From a candidate division WOR-3 bacterium (lineage in GTDB: Bacteria; SDB-A), in assembly GCA_016934535.1 (NCBI GenBank), contig JAFGSQ010000010.1, positions 1 through 64,000 of the forward strand: DNA of 64,000 nt, written 5' to 3'. Positions within the stretch are counted from its first letter, which is position 1. The number at the start of each line of letters is the position of its first letter. This document shows positions 1 through 8,811 of this stretch, piece after piece. The notes beneath the pieces were generated by a model. That model saw only the letters and a list, made by a program, of their open reading frames with translations. It was not told the DNA's origin and did no database searches. Made by a program: the position numbers and the translations under genes.

Positions 1-1278
1 CTTATCGGAGTGCTTCTTACCCTGATAGCAGTCGCCGGTTACGCGACCCAGTCAAGGATCAGTGTCCTCAACATGGCAGGATACATGTCGGACATTATGT
101 CTTGTTGGTCGAACCCCGGCTACATGGTCGTTCATCACAATGAAATAGGAAAAGACGCCGTCGGAATGGAATTCGGCTTTGACAACCCGACCAACAACGG
201 CGACATGGACAGGTGGGGTTATCTCCATTACGGCAATGCCAATCAGTATCTCGGCATAGCCGTCAACCGCCCGGCCACTTTCCGCGGTTTGTTCGATTTC
301 CAGAACAACCTTCCAGCGGGCATGACCTGGACTCCCGCCGGTTTGATGGCAGGAACCGAAGACTACGTCAATGACACGCTTCAGGTTCCCAACAACATTC
401 TCGACGTAATCTGGTCGAAGAACTGGGGCCCGAAAGCCGGTCTCGGAATAAACCTCAATTTCGGTTACTGGGGATATTCGACGACAGCTCCCAACTGGGA
501 ACCCACTCTTAATTCTATGAAGATAGGATTACTCCTCGGCTACTACACCATGCCCATGGACGTAACAGTCGGATTCGACATGCTCACTTCGAGCGCTGAA
601 ATCAAAGCTATAGCAGGCGCAGTGACAACGACCGACAAATTCGACAATTCGAACATGGCAGTCAACCTCGGCTTCAAGTACAAAATGTATCCCAACCAGA
701 CGACGAAAGTAATTCTTCCCTTGGTTGGCTTAAGCTACGAAACCGGAAACGGCGAATACGATCCCAACGGAGTGGACTGGAATCCCACACTCAAATATAC
801 TGATCTGTCATTCGTTCTTGGAACAGGAATAGTATGGTCAGGAGCCACCTGGCAGGCCGGACTCGCAGCCGAACTCGGTTACGAAACAGGCAAACTCACA
901 AAAGAAAACGACGTCTCCAACAACAACGACCAGGAAGGCACGATGAACACCATCACCTTCCCCAGGGTTAAAGCCGGTGCGGAATCACAGGTTTTCTCAT
1001 GGCTGACTGCAAGAGCCGGAATGACCTATCAGCTCAACATGGTCACCGAGAAACTGACTACGACAGCCGCCGGAGCCAGCGTTGAAAACGAAAGAAAGAC
1101 CCAGTTCGGCAAGAACATGAACGTTCAGGTCGGCCTCGGCGTCCATTTCGGACCAAACTTCACGATAGACACCGAAGTAAGTGAAGACCTTCTTTACAAC
1201 GGTCCCTATCTCATCTCCGGCGCCAACAACGGCACCGATCCGATGAATCTTTGCGTATCAGCGGTTTATCACTTCTGA
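1..1278 (+). CDS. Outer-membrane beta-barrel protein (porin-like), 5' end outside window
   Basis: Frame is open from base 1 (LIGVLLTLIAVAGYA, signal-peptide-like). Alternating Gly/aromatic beta-strand pattern, C-terminal beta-signal AVYHF, strong terminator downstream. Confidence 0.75.
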   Translation, partial: LIGVLLTLIAVAGYATQSRISVLNMAGYMSDIMSCWSNPGYMVVHHNEIGKDAVGMEFGFDNPTNNGDMDRWGYLHYGNANQYLGIAVNRPATFRGLFDFQNNLPAGMTWTPAGLMAGTEDYVNDTLQVPNNILDVIWSKNWGPKAGLGINLNFGYWGYSTTAPNWEPTLNSMKIGLLLGYYTMPMDVTVGFDMLTSSAEIKAIAGAVTTTDKFDNSNMAVNLGFKYKMYPNQTTKVILPLVGLSYETGNGEYDPNGVDWNPTLKYTDLSFVLGTGIVWSGATWQAGLAAELGYETGKLTKENDVSNNNDQEGTMNTITFPRVKAGAESQVFSWLTARAGMTYQLNMVTEKLTTTAAGASVENERKTQFGKNMNVQVGLGVHFGPNFTIDTEVSEDLLYNGPYLISGANNGTDPMNLCVSAVYHF

Positions 1279-1292
1279 TAATCTGATCATAT

Positions 1293-1329
1293 AAAAAAAG
1301 GGCGGAAGTTTTCTTCCGCCCTTTTTTTT
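1293..1329. terminator. Bidirectional intrinsic terminator
   Basis: AAAAAAA-GGGCGGAAG-tttt-CTTCCGCCC-TTTTTTTT, a 9-bp GC-rich stem with A and T tracts, between convergent genes. Confidence 0.9.
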
Positions 1330-1381
1330 ATTCTAATCAATTGTTCCTTAGCTTATACAATTTTTCTTCACCGACTCCGTG

Positions 1382-1407
1382 AGGATGAATTGTATTCAAT
1401 TCATCCT
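1382..1407. repeat. Palindrome AGGATGAATTG-tatt-CAATTCATCCT, duplicated at 1626-1651
   Basis: Identical 26-nt hairpin present twice in the same intergenic region. Confidence 0.9.
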
Positions 1408-1469
1408 TCGTTTTCTCAGTGGCGGATATTTATTCGTTATTATAATTTGTTAAAACAAATACAGTTTCT

Positions 1470-1688
1470 ACCACGAAGCAGAGACATGCTGAATTACATT
1501 CAGCATGTCTCTTACACGAAGGTCTGCTTATTTGCACATAACAAATAATCAGACTACACGAAGTATAAAATTTGAAATACAAATTTTATAAAGAATAATT
1601 TGTTTGTTTTACCTTCACTTCGTGAAGGATGAATTGTATTCAATTCATCCTTCGTGTAGAAAAAATGTACTCATTTTTCCTTCGTGGT
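1470..1688. repeat. Nested inverted-repeat, multi-hairpin element (3x CACGAAG ... 3x CTTCGTG); candidate structured RNA or non-autonomous mobile element
   Basis: Pairings 1470-1478/1680-1688, 1513-1522/1649-1658 and 1557-1564/1617-1624. Hairpins at 1480-1512, 1522-1554, 1564-1590, 1626-1651 and 1659-1679. Confidence 0.75.
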
Positions 1689-1746
1689 TGATATTCTTTC
1701 TTATCTTTTCTTTTATTCTTAACTAAATCTTCGTGCTATCGGTTAA

Positions 1747-3411
1747 TCAGGCTTTCCTGTTTCTCACCTTTTCTTTTATCCTCTGGATGTGACCTCTTCC
1801 CATGCCCTTGACTTCGCATCCGAGTTCAAAAAGTTTTTCAATTTTATCGTCTGAAAGAATTCCGAAGCAGTCGACTACTGCGATAGAGCCATCTGCCATC
1901 GAAATTATCTTTTCCGCTTCAAGCTTCAGATACGGTTCGTGCGGCACCGCGAGGACTACGGCGTCTGCTTGTTTCAAGGCTTTCTCGAGATCTTTTTCAA
2001 CCACGACATTTTTCAGTTCTTCCTGGTTCCTGAAAAAATGCTTTCTCGAGCTTTCGGGCGACGGATAAACGTCCTGTTCCTCCAGTTCGTACCAGTGCGC
2101 GACGTAAGGATCGTGTACACGGACGTCAGCACCCATCTCCGCGAGTTTTCTCGCTATGAGTTCGCTTCCGCTGTATCTCGTATCACCGACATCCTGCCTG
2201 TAGCTTGCGCCGCATATGACGACTGTAGAACCGGCAATATATTTTCCCATGTTCCTCAAAGCGTCTCTGGCCAGTTGAGCGGCGTGCAAACCTCTCGTGT
2301 CGTTTATATCAATAGACGCTGGAGTGATTCTGAACAGGTCGTCTCCATCGTCGAATCCAAGTATGTGCCTGTACGCCCAGTATCCTAGCCCTCCGTCTTT
2401 CGGAAGACAGTATCCGCCTATGCCCGGTCCAGGAAAAATTATGTTGCTGTGTGTCGGCCTCATCTTAATTGCTTTGATGACTTTAATAAGGTCCACTCCG
2501 TTTCTTTCCGCGAAAACGCTCCATTCGTTTATGAAAGCGAGTATTGCAGCCCTGTATGAATTCTCGACTATCTTAGTAGTCTCTGATTCGATCGGCCTGT
2601 CCATCACCGTCAGAGGGAATTCCTTTGTGTTGAGGACTTCGTTGAGAAATTTCACAACTCTCTCTTTCGCCTCTTCGTCGCAACCTGCGCACACTCTCCA
2701 GAAATCGCGAATGCTTCTTACATATTCTCTTCCCGGCATCACTCTTTCGAAACTGTGCGACAGCAAAGGCTTTCCTTTCAAGTTTCTCTTGAGGAAAGCT
2801 TTTTTTAGAATGGGATATGCGACAAATTCAGTCGTCCCGGGGGCGACGGTAGTCTCTATTAGAACCAGACACTTTTCCTGTATTTTTTCGCCGATTATTC
2901 TTATCGTTTCTTCCAGGGCTCTCATGTCAGTTTCACCGGTTCTCATGTCGCCTAGGTCTCTTTTTACAAAATCGCACTGTACATCGACGATGACGCAGTC
3001 TGCAAGCTTGAGGCAGTCGTTGTTGTAGGTCGCAACTAAGTTTTTACGCTCGATGACGCATCTTTTTATCAGTTCTTCTACTTCCGGATCTTCAGCCTTG
3101 ACAGGAGATTCTCCCCTGTTCAAAAGATGAATCTTCCACAAGCTTCTCGCGCTGGGTCTCTGACATCCAATTACGAATTTACCGGGTTCCCCTTTATCAT
3201 TCGCGGAGTCGGCGACTATTGCCGCCATTACTGCTCCAACAAATCCGACCCCCATGACCACGACTATTTCTTTTCCTTCGTCCCGGGCTTTTTTTGAGAG
3301 GGCTTCAATTTTGTCATATTCCTTGTCGTATTCTTCCTTTTTAGGAAGAGGGAATTTCTCGCCTTGCGGGCTTTCCGAGTATAATTCGCATTCGGGGGTA
3401 ATCTTTTTCAT
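1747..3411 (-). CDS. Nucleotide-sugar dehydrogenase (UDP-glucose/GDP-mannose/UDP-HexNAc dehydrogenase family)
   Basis: Rossmann GVGFVG, ETTVAPGTT, ERVMPG, KIVENSYR, catalytic GIGGYCLPKD, C-terminal SYRQDVGDTRYS; SD GGAGG. Confidence 0.92.
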   Translation of the reverse strand: MKKITPECELYSESPQGEKFPLPKKEEYDKEYDKIEALSKKARDEGKEIVVVMGVGFVGAVMAAIVADSANDKGEPGKFVIGCQRPSARSLWKIHLLNRGESPVKAEDPEVEELIKRCVIERKNLVATYNNDCLKLADCVIVDVQCDFVKRDLGDMRTGETDMRALEETIRIIGEKIQEKCLVLIETTVAPGTTEFVAYPILKKAFLKRNLKGKPLLSHSFERVMPGREYVRSIRDFWRVCAGCDEEAKERVVKFLNEVLNTKEFPLTVMDRPIESETTKIVENSYRAAILAFINEWSVFAERNGVDLIKVIKAIKMRPTHSNIIFPGPGIGGYCLPKDGGLGYWAYRHILGFDDGDDLFRITPASIDINDTRGLHAAQLARDALRNMGKYIAGSTVVICGASYRQDVGDTRYSGSELIARKLAEMGADVRVHDPYVAHWYELEEQDVYPSPESSRKHFFRNQEELKNVVVEKDLEKALKQADAVVLAVPHEPYLKLEAEKIISMADGSIAVVDCFGILSDDKIEKLFELGCEVKGMGRGHIQRIKEKVRNRKA

Positions 3412-3452
3412 CTGACCTCCATTTAATAATGCAGAAAAATTTTAGGTAATAA

Positions 3453-3860
3453 TCAGTTCTTTTTTGCGAAAAGTTCTTTCACCGGTTCCCGGGTCAAAAC
3501 TATTATTGAAAAAACACCCAGGACAGTTCCGTAAGGCACCATGATGCATAACAAGCAGGCTATCGCCAGACAGTAATGATAACGGGTGGTTTTTCTCAGA
3601 TTCTTTCCGGCTAAAAAAATCAACAGAGCCAAAGTCCATCCGACGAGCACCACAATTCCACCTACGATAATGAATATTACTCCGACCATTGCGGGAGGGG
3701 CTTCACTCTGCTCGTCGAATGCGCCATGAGCGCCGGCAATGAGCAGGATAATTCCTATTGTGATGTGTATGAGAGGAAAACATGAGACCAGCGCAGTGAA
3801 TCCGCTCATTATGAAATGAAACAGAGACAGAGTCTTCAAGTTATTGAGTTCTTCCTGCAT
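3453..3860 (-). CDS. Small integral membrane protein (about 3-4 TM)
   Basis: Hydrophobic segments; SD GAAGGAGG upstream; co-oriented in operon. Confidence 0.75.
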   Translation of the reverse strand: MQEELNNLKTLSLFHFIMSGFTALVSCFPLIHITIGIILLIAGAHGAFDEQSEAPPAMVGVIFIIVGGIVVLVGWTLALLIFLAGKNLRKTTRYHYCLAIACLLCIMVPYGTVLGVFSIIVLTREPVKELFAKKN

Positions 3861-3875
3861 CTTCGGCCCTCCTTC

Positions 3876-4181
3876 TCAAGAGAGAACTTTATTGATCATG
3901 ATCCTCAGAAGACCTATGTTCGCGTTTTCGTCGGCCACTACAATGCCTGTATTTCCAGAGTTTTTAACTACCATGATGACGTCTTTTTCAGTAGAAATCG
4001 AAAAATAACTTATTGGCTGTTCTCTTCCTCCTTCAAGAAAAGGAATGACTTCAAGCACAATCCTTCTCAATACGTTCTCTTTGTCCAGTTCTCTTTCGAT
4101 TTCATCGGTTTTTTTATCTTGAGAAAAATAATAAAACTTTCTCACGCCAGACTGCTGTTTGACCGATTCGATATTTTTCAT
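3876..4181 (-). CDS. Roadblock/LC7 (MglB-like) domain protein, putative
   Basis: About 100 aa; C-terminal GIVVADENANIGLLRIMI resembles the roadblock terminal strand-helix; ATGA overlap with upstream gene. Confidence 0.55.
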   Translation of the reverse strand: MKNIESVKQQSGVRKFYYFSQDKKTDEIERELDKENVLRRIVLEVIPFLEGGREQPISYFSISTEKDVIMVVKNSGNTGIVVADENANIGLLRIMINKVLS

Positions 4182-5121
4182 AAATTCTTCCGCGCCATGT
4201 TGAAAATTTTTCCAAGCTCAATTTTAGCTATGCCGGTCTTCTTTTTGTCGCAAAAGGACGTGATTGAAAAATCTTTGTCTATGTATCCCAGTATTGACTC
4301 TTCTGTATATTCCGCTGTCCAGTAAAGTATTTCTTCACTCAGTGTTTTTACGTTTTCAAGAGCGCTGCGGGCGGAGTTCTCATAATTTTTATCACCCGCT
4401 TCGAAAAAACTCGATCCTTTTTCCAACATGAGATAAAGCGCTATTTTTCTGTCGAAAATTGACTTTATAACGCTTTCACATCCCGAAACATCAAATTCTG
4501 ATTTTTCTTTTTCGGCCTTCAAGGTTCTGACTATTACATCGAGAGCTTCCTTTGTCTTTCCATTTTCGAGTTTGGGCACAGGCAATGAAGTTTTCTCTAA
4601 ATCCGATAATTTACCGACTTCAGGTTGTTCAGACGAAGTGAAATCAGTCTCAAAATCCTTCAGTATCTCATCGAGCTTCTCGTCCTGGATTTCTTTTTTC
4701 GGTTCCTCTTTTCCACCTGGACTTTCTTTTTCCGGTGAAGTTTTAAAAAAACCTTCCGGGGGCGGTGGAACCGGCAAGTTCGCCCACTTTTTCGCGAACT
4801 CCCTTCTGTTTTTCTTACCAGTGTCTTTGTTTTCCTCCAAACCTTCCGCCTTTCTCAATATGTGAGAAATTAAATTCTCGGGGTCTGAATTCCTGACAAA
4901 ATGCTTGTCCTCGGGAAGACCGTGATTCCTGATTTCCGAAAAAGACGGAGAATCAGGATCGAGGAGCAATGATTTGTAAAAAGCAATTTTAGCCAAATCG
5001 GTTTTTTTTTTTCAGCCAAAAATCTACCCAAAGAATGCCACGCGACAGAGTCAAAAGGATCGGCTCTCACTGAACTTATTAATTTATCGATGTCTTTGTT
5101 TTCCTTATTCATTTTTTTCAA
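4178..5121 (-). pseudogene. TPR + low-complexity linker + roadblock-like protein, frameshifted at an A11 run (5002-5012); may be programmed slippage or an assembly error
   Basis: ORF 4870-5121 ends its plausible part at SVAWHSLGRFLAEKKK; another frame continues TDLAKIAFYKSLLLDPDS. Together they form one TPR motif. Confidence 0.65.
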
Positions 5122-5130
5122 CGCTTCAGA

Positions 5131-5162
5131 TACTTATACCACATTGCCGCTTTCTTTTACAA
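5131..5162 (-). promoter_or_regulatory. Putative sigma70 promoter with extended -10 (TTGTAA-N18-TATAAG)
   Basis: TGGTATAAGTA on the minus strand; the same 11-mer occurs upstream of another minus-strand gene at 26241-26251. Confidence 0.45.
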
Positions 5163-5175
5163 GCCTCAGCTGATT

Positions 5176-8100
5176 TTATTTGAACTTCTTCTCTTTAAAA
5201 CACTCTATCCATCTGTCGGTGCTGTCGATGTTTTTATGTTCTTCCATCTCAATTTTTTTCAAACTGAAAGGTTTCAATCGGAAAAAATATTCAGGTGAGC
5301 CGAGAGCGTCCGCTTCTTTTTTCTTGTGGAAATGAGGTTTTTTATAGGAAAGAGATTCAATGGCGGATGCCCTGACAGAGCGTATTTTTTCTCCACCGGC
5401 TTTTTCGAGTATTTCCGAAAGAAAACTTACGTTGTCTTTTCCCGGTAAAGGTTCAAATATCCTGGCTGAAGTGAAAACCTCTCCAACCGCACTGATGAAA
5501 GACGAGTCAGATTCAAAGTGAGCCGAACAAGGCAGAAAAACGTCCGCTTTTCTCGCTGTTTGTGTTAATGTGAAGTCTGAAACAACTAAAAATTCTGCTT
5601 TTTCAAACACCTCTTTATGTTTCTCGTCCGAACAAGGGTCTTCCCTGAATATAAGTACTCCTTTCAACTTTTCACTTTTGCATAATGCTTGCCTGGCTTT
5701 ATTACCCGATTCAGGGGGTTCATAAATCCTATAAGCGAAGCTGTTTGAATGAGATCCGAGCAATATAAAGCCGTTTCCTTTTTGAAACAGTTTTCCGGTC
5801 AAAACGAAATACGAACAAATAAGCCGCAGAGTCTCCGGGTAGGAGTACTGATCGGAGTTAAGAAGAAAAACTACATTTTTTTCGGGAGCGGAAAGAGCGT
5901 CTACGAATTTTTTTATCATCCTTCTCTTTATACCCGTTGTCTCTTCGACGGTCCTGAGAGACCATTTCTTCAGCGATTCTTCAAAAGCGCTGAAATCCGA
6001 AGTTAATTTCGCTATTATTTCCCACTTCAATCCACCCTTGGATATAAGCGAGTTCAGCAGAGCCGCTATTAAATATCCGTCTTCACCGTTTTTAAAACAC
6101 AGGGACAAGTCCGCTTTTTTGGATAAAATACTGGCCTCGTTCGGGTCTATGAGAAAAACCGCCGCTCCTTCGGATTTTCTTTTGTTTATTCTCATGGCCG
6201 CGACAGGATTTCTATTTTCGATGTCTCCTATTGCGACAATCACATCGGCCATATCGAGATCGTTAAAATCTGCCGTCGATCTCCCGTATGTCTCGGGTAA
6301 ATCGTTCAGAAGTTCAGATTCAGGGGAAAAAAGAGCCGACAAGCTCGCGCAAACACCGGTTCTGAACGCATCTGAAATCTTGCGCAGCAAAAACATTTCT
6401 TCTGCGCTCGATTTCCTGGAAAAAAATACCGCGTTTGAATCCTGTTCCCCGGACGAAGACTTGAAACCCGAAACAACGGCATCAATCGCTGTTTCCCAAT
6501 CCGTCTCTACGAGACGGCCGTTTTTATTTATCATAGGTCTGGTCATTCTCGATCCGTCTTTGATCAATTCATGACCGAACCTGCCTCTGAAACAAAGAAG
6601 TCCTTTCGACGGACCCTCGACCTCTCCGTTTCTACCGGAACCTATTTTCCAGGATCCGGTCGGATCCATTTCAACCAAAAGATGACATCCGACCGAGCAG
6701 AAAGAGCAAACCGATTTTATTTTTTCCAGAAGGCGAGGGATGGGTTTTGCGGAAGACGGGACATTCGCGATGGCTCCCGTCGGACAGACGTCTATGCAAT
6801 TTCCGCAGTTTATGCAGTCCGTGTTCCTCAATCCTTCTCCCGGTATAGGGCACACCTGAGTATTGAAACCTCTGTCAATAAACCCGTAAACAGACGGTCC
6901 TACTATATCACTGCACGTTCTCACGCACCTTCCGCAGAGTATGCATTTATTCTGATCGAGAAGGATAAAAGGATGACTTCTGTCTACAGGCGTAATTCTG
7001 ACTTCTCCTAAAAACCTGCTGACGTCGGCGTCGTAAGCCGTAGCGTAATCCCGTAAGGCGCATGCATCCTGCAAGGAACAGCCGCATTCGAGGCATCTCG
7101 ATGCTTCGTTCGGAACGTCTTTTTCGTCTATCCCTTTTTCTACTTCACGTTCGTCCTCGATTCTTTCTTGAGGTTCTTCCTCAAGCATGGCGCTTCTTTT
7201 AAAAGGAGAGGCGAATTTATAGTAATTCTCGGGTGCGCGGCCGAATAAATCCCTCTTTGAAATAAATTTTGTCTTAAAATCAGACGTTTTTCCAGAGAGG
7301 TACCCGTCAATTGCTTTCGCGGCTTTTTGTCCCTGCGCTATCGCATCTATTACAACAGCGGGGCCGAGAACTGCGTCTCCTCCGGCAAACACATCTTCCT
7401 GGCTCGTTTTCAATGTCCTTTCGTCGGCGACTATTGTGTTCCATTTTGTTTTATCCAGGCCGATGCCGGCAAGATCGGGTTTTTGTCCGATGGCGGAAAT
7501 AAGATTGTTGCACTCAATTTCAAAATCGCTCCCGGGGACAGGCACGGGTCTTCTTCTGCCTGATGAGTCAGGTGCACCGAGCTCCATTTTCTGGCACTTG
7601 AGAGCTTTAAGTTCACCTTTTTTCCCGGTCAAAAATCCTGTCGGGGCGGTCAGGAATAAAAGTTCCACTCCTTCTTCCTCCGCTCCGTGAATTTCCAGGG
7701 GATCGGCCGGCATCTCGTTTCTTGTCCTTCTGTAAAGAAGAGTCACCTTAACGACGTCTTTCTCCCTGACGGCAGTTCTCGCGGCATCTATGGCAGTATT
7801 CCCTCCTCCGACTACAATCACTTTTCCTTTGAGCCGGACCTCTCCCTTTAACTGATGCTCTCTGAGATAGTCTATCCCCGAAAGGATTCCCGGTATCTTA
7901 TCCTCGCCTTCTATTCCCATGTTTTGACTCGACCAGGCGCCTGTGCCTATGAAAACCGCAGAAAAGCCTTCTTTTTTCAGGTCTTCGTAAGTGAAATCCC
8001 TTCCGTAACGAACTCCCGTCTTTACCTTCACTCCTAAGTCGAGAATGAATCCAATTTCCTTATCGAGAACGGATTTAGGAAGCCTGTATTCGGGGATTCC

Positions 8101-8802
8101 GTATCTGAGCATGCCGCCGAGTTTTTCCATCATGTCGTATACAGTTACTCCGTAACCCTCTTTTGCGAGATAATAAGCCGCGGTCAAACCCGCCGGTCCC
8201 CCTCCTATTACCGCGACGCTTTTTCCGTTGAATTTTTTCGGAGTTTCATTTTCGTGATGTTCTCTTTCGTAATCCGAAGCGTATCTTTTCAGATAATTGA
8301 TCCCGACCGGCTGTTCGTCCACTTCCTTTCTTCTGCAGTTAAGTTCGCATTTCCTGACGCATATCCTTCCGCATACTACAGGCAGGGGATTTTTTTCCCT
8401 TATGGTTTTGACTGCTTCAGAATACTTTCCCGCGGATATAAGGGCTATGTATGTCTGGACATCGACGTTAGCCGGACAACCTTCACTGCACGGAGCGACA
8501 CAGTCGGCGTAATGATTCGAAAGAAGCAGTTCGAGAGCCATCTTCCGCGTCTGATAAATCCTCTCATTGTAGGTGCTGACAACCATTCCTTCAGCGACCG
8601 GAGTCGAACAGGAAGGAACCAGTTTGTTCATACCCTGCACTTCGACGACGCAGAGAAAACACGAACCAAACGGAGGCAATTCAGGGTCGTGGCAGAGGGT
8701 CGGAATTTCGGCAATGTTGAATTCCCTGACAGTTTCAAGAATCGTGCTTCCCTGTCTGGCTTCAACCTGTTTTCCGTCTATTGTTAAATTGACAGTGGAC
8801 AT
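5176..8802 (-). CDS. NADPH-dependent oxidoreductase large subunit: [2Fe-2S] + GltD-like FAD/NADPH module + NuoG/Fdh-like Fe-S and degenerate molybdopterin domains (StnC/NsoC type)
   Basis: IPTLCH...GSCFLC; CSEGCP, CGRICVRKCELNC, VIGGGPAG, GGMLRYGIPEYRLP, GGGNTAID, YRRTR; CILCGRCVRTC, CINCGNCIDVCP, CSFCSVGC. Confidence 0.88.
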   Translation of the reverse strand: MSTVNLTIDGKQVEARQGSTILETVREFNIAEIPTLCHDPELPPFGSCFLCVVEVQGMNKLVPSCSTPVAEGMVVSTYNERIYQTRKMALELLLSNHYADCVAPCSEGCPANVDVQTYIALISAGKYSEAVKTIREKNPLPVVCGRICVRKCELNCRRKEVDEQPVGINYLKRYASDYEREHHENETPKKFNGKSVAVIGGGPAGLTAAYYLAKEGYGVTVYDMMEKLGGMLRYGIPEYRLPKSVLDKEIGFILDLGVKVKTGVRYGRDFTYEDLKKEGFSAVFIGTGAWSSQNMGIEGEDKIPGILSGIDYLREHQLKGEVRLKGKVIVVGGGNTAIDAARTAVREKDVVKVTLLYRRTRNEMPADPLEIHGAEEEGVELLFLTAPTGFLTGKKGELKALKCQKMELGAPDSSGRRRPVPVPGSDFEIECNNLISAIGQKPDLAGIGLDKTKWNTIVADERTLKTSQEDVFAGGDAVLGPAVVIDAIAQGQKAAKAIDGYLSGKTSDFKTKFISKRDLFGRAPENYYKFASPFKRSAMLEEEPQERIEDEREVEKGIDEKDVPNEASRCLECGCSLQDACALRDYATAYDADVSRFLGEVRITPVDRSHPFILLDQNKCILCGRCVRTCSDIVGPSVYGFIDRGFNTQVCPIPGEGLRNTDCINCGNCIDVCPTGAIANVPSSAKPIPRLLEKIKSVCSFCSVGCHLLVEMDPTGSWKIGSGRNGEVEGPSKGLLCFRGRFGHELIKDGSRMTRPMINKNGRLVETDWETAIDAVVSGFKSSSGEQDSNAVFFSRKSSAEEMFLLRKISDAFRTGVCASLSALFSPESELLNDLPETYGRSTADFNDLDMADVIVAIGDIENRNPVAAMRINKRKSEGAAVFLIDPNEASILSKKADLSLCFKNGEDGYLIAALLNSLISKGGLKWEIIAKLTSDFSAFEESLKKWSLRTVEETTGIKRRMIKKFVDALSAPEKNVVFLLNSDQYSYPETLRLICSYFVLTGKLFQKGNGFILLGSHSNSFAYRIYEPPESGNKARQALCKSEKLKGVLIFREDPCSDEKHKEVFEKAEFLVVSDFTLTQTARKADVFLPCSAHFESDSSFISAVGEVFTSARIFEPLPGKDNVSFLSEILEKAGGEKIRSVRASAIESLSYKKPHFHKKKEADALGSPEYFFRLKPFSLKKIEMEEHKNIDSTDRWIECFKEKKFK

Positions 8803-8811
8803 CTCAATCTC

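Noticed and set aside
1470-1600. CRISPR array (CACGAAG recurring every 42-43 nt)
   Set aside because: The repeat is only 7-10 nt, the spacers are palindromic, orientation flips mid-element and there are no cas genes.
5176-8802. Formate dehydrogenase alpha (selenoprotein) or glutamate synthase beta
   Set aside because: No Cys/Sec-His molybdenum-ligand motif, no in-frame TGA, no gltB adjacent.
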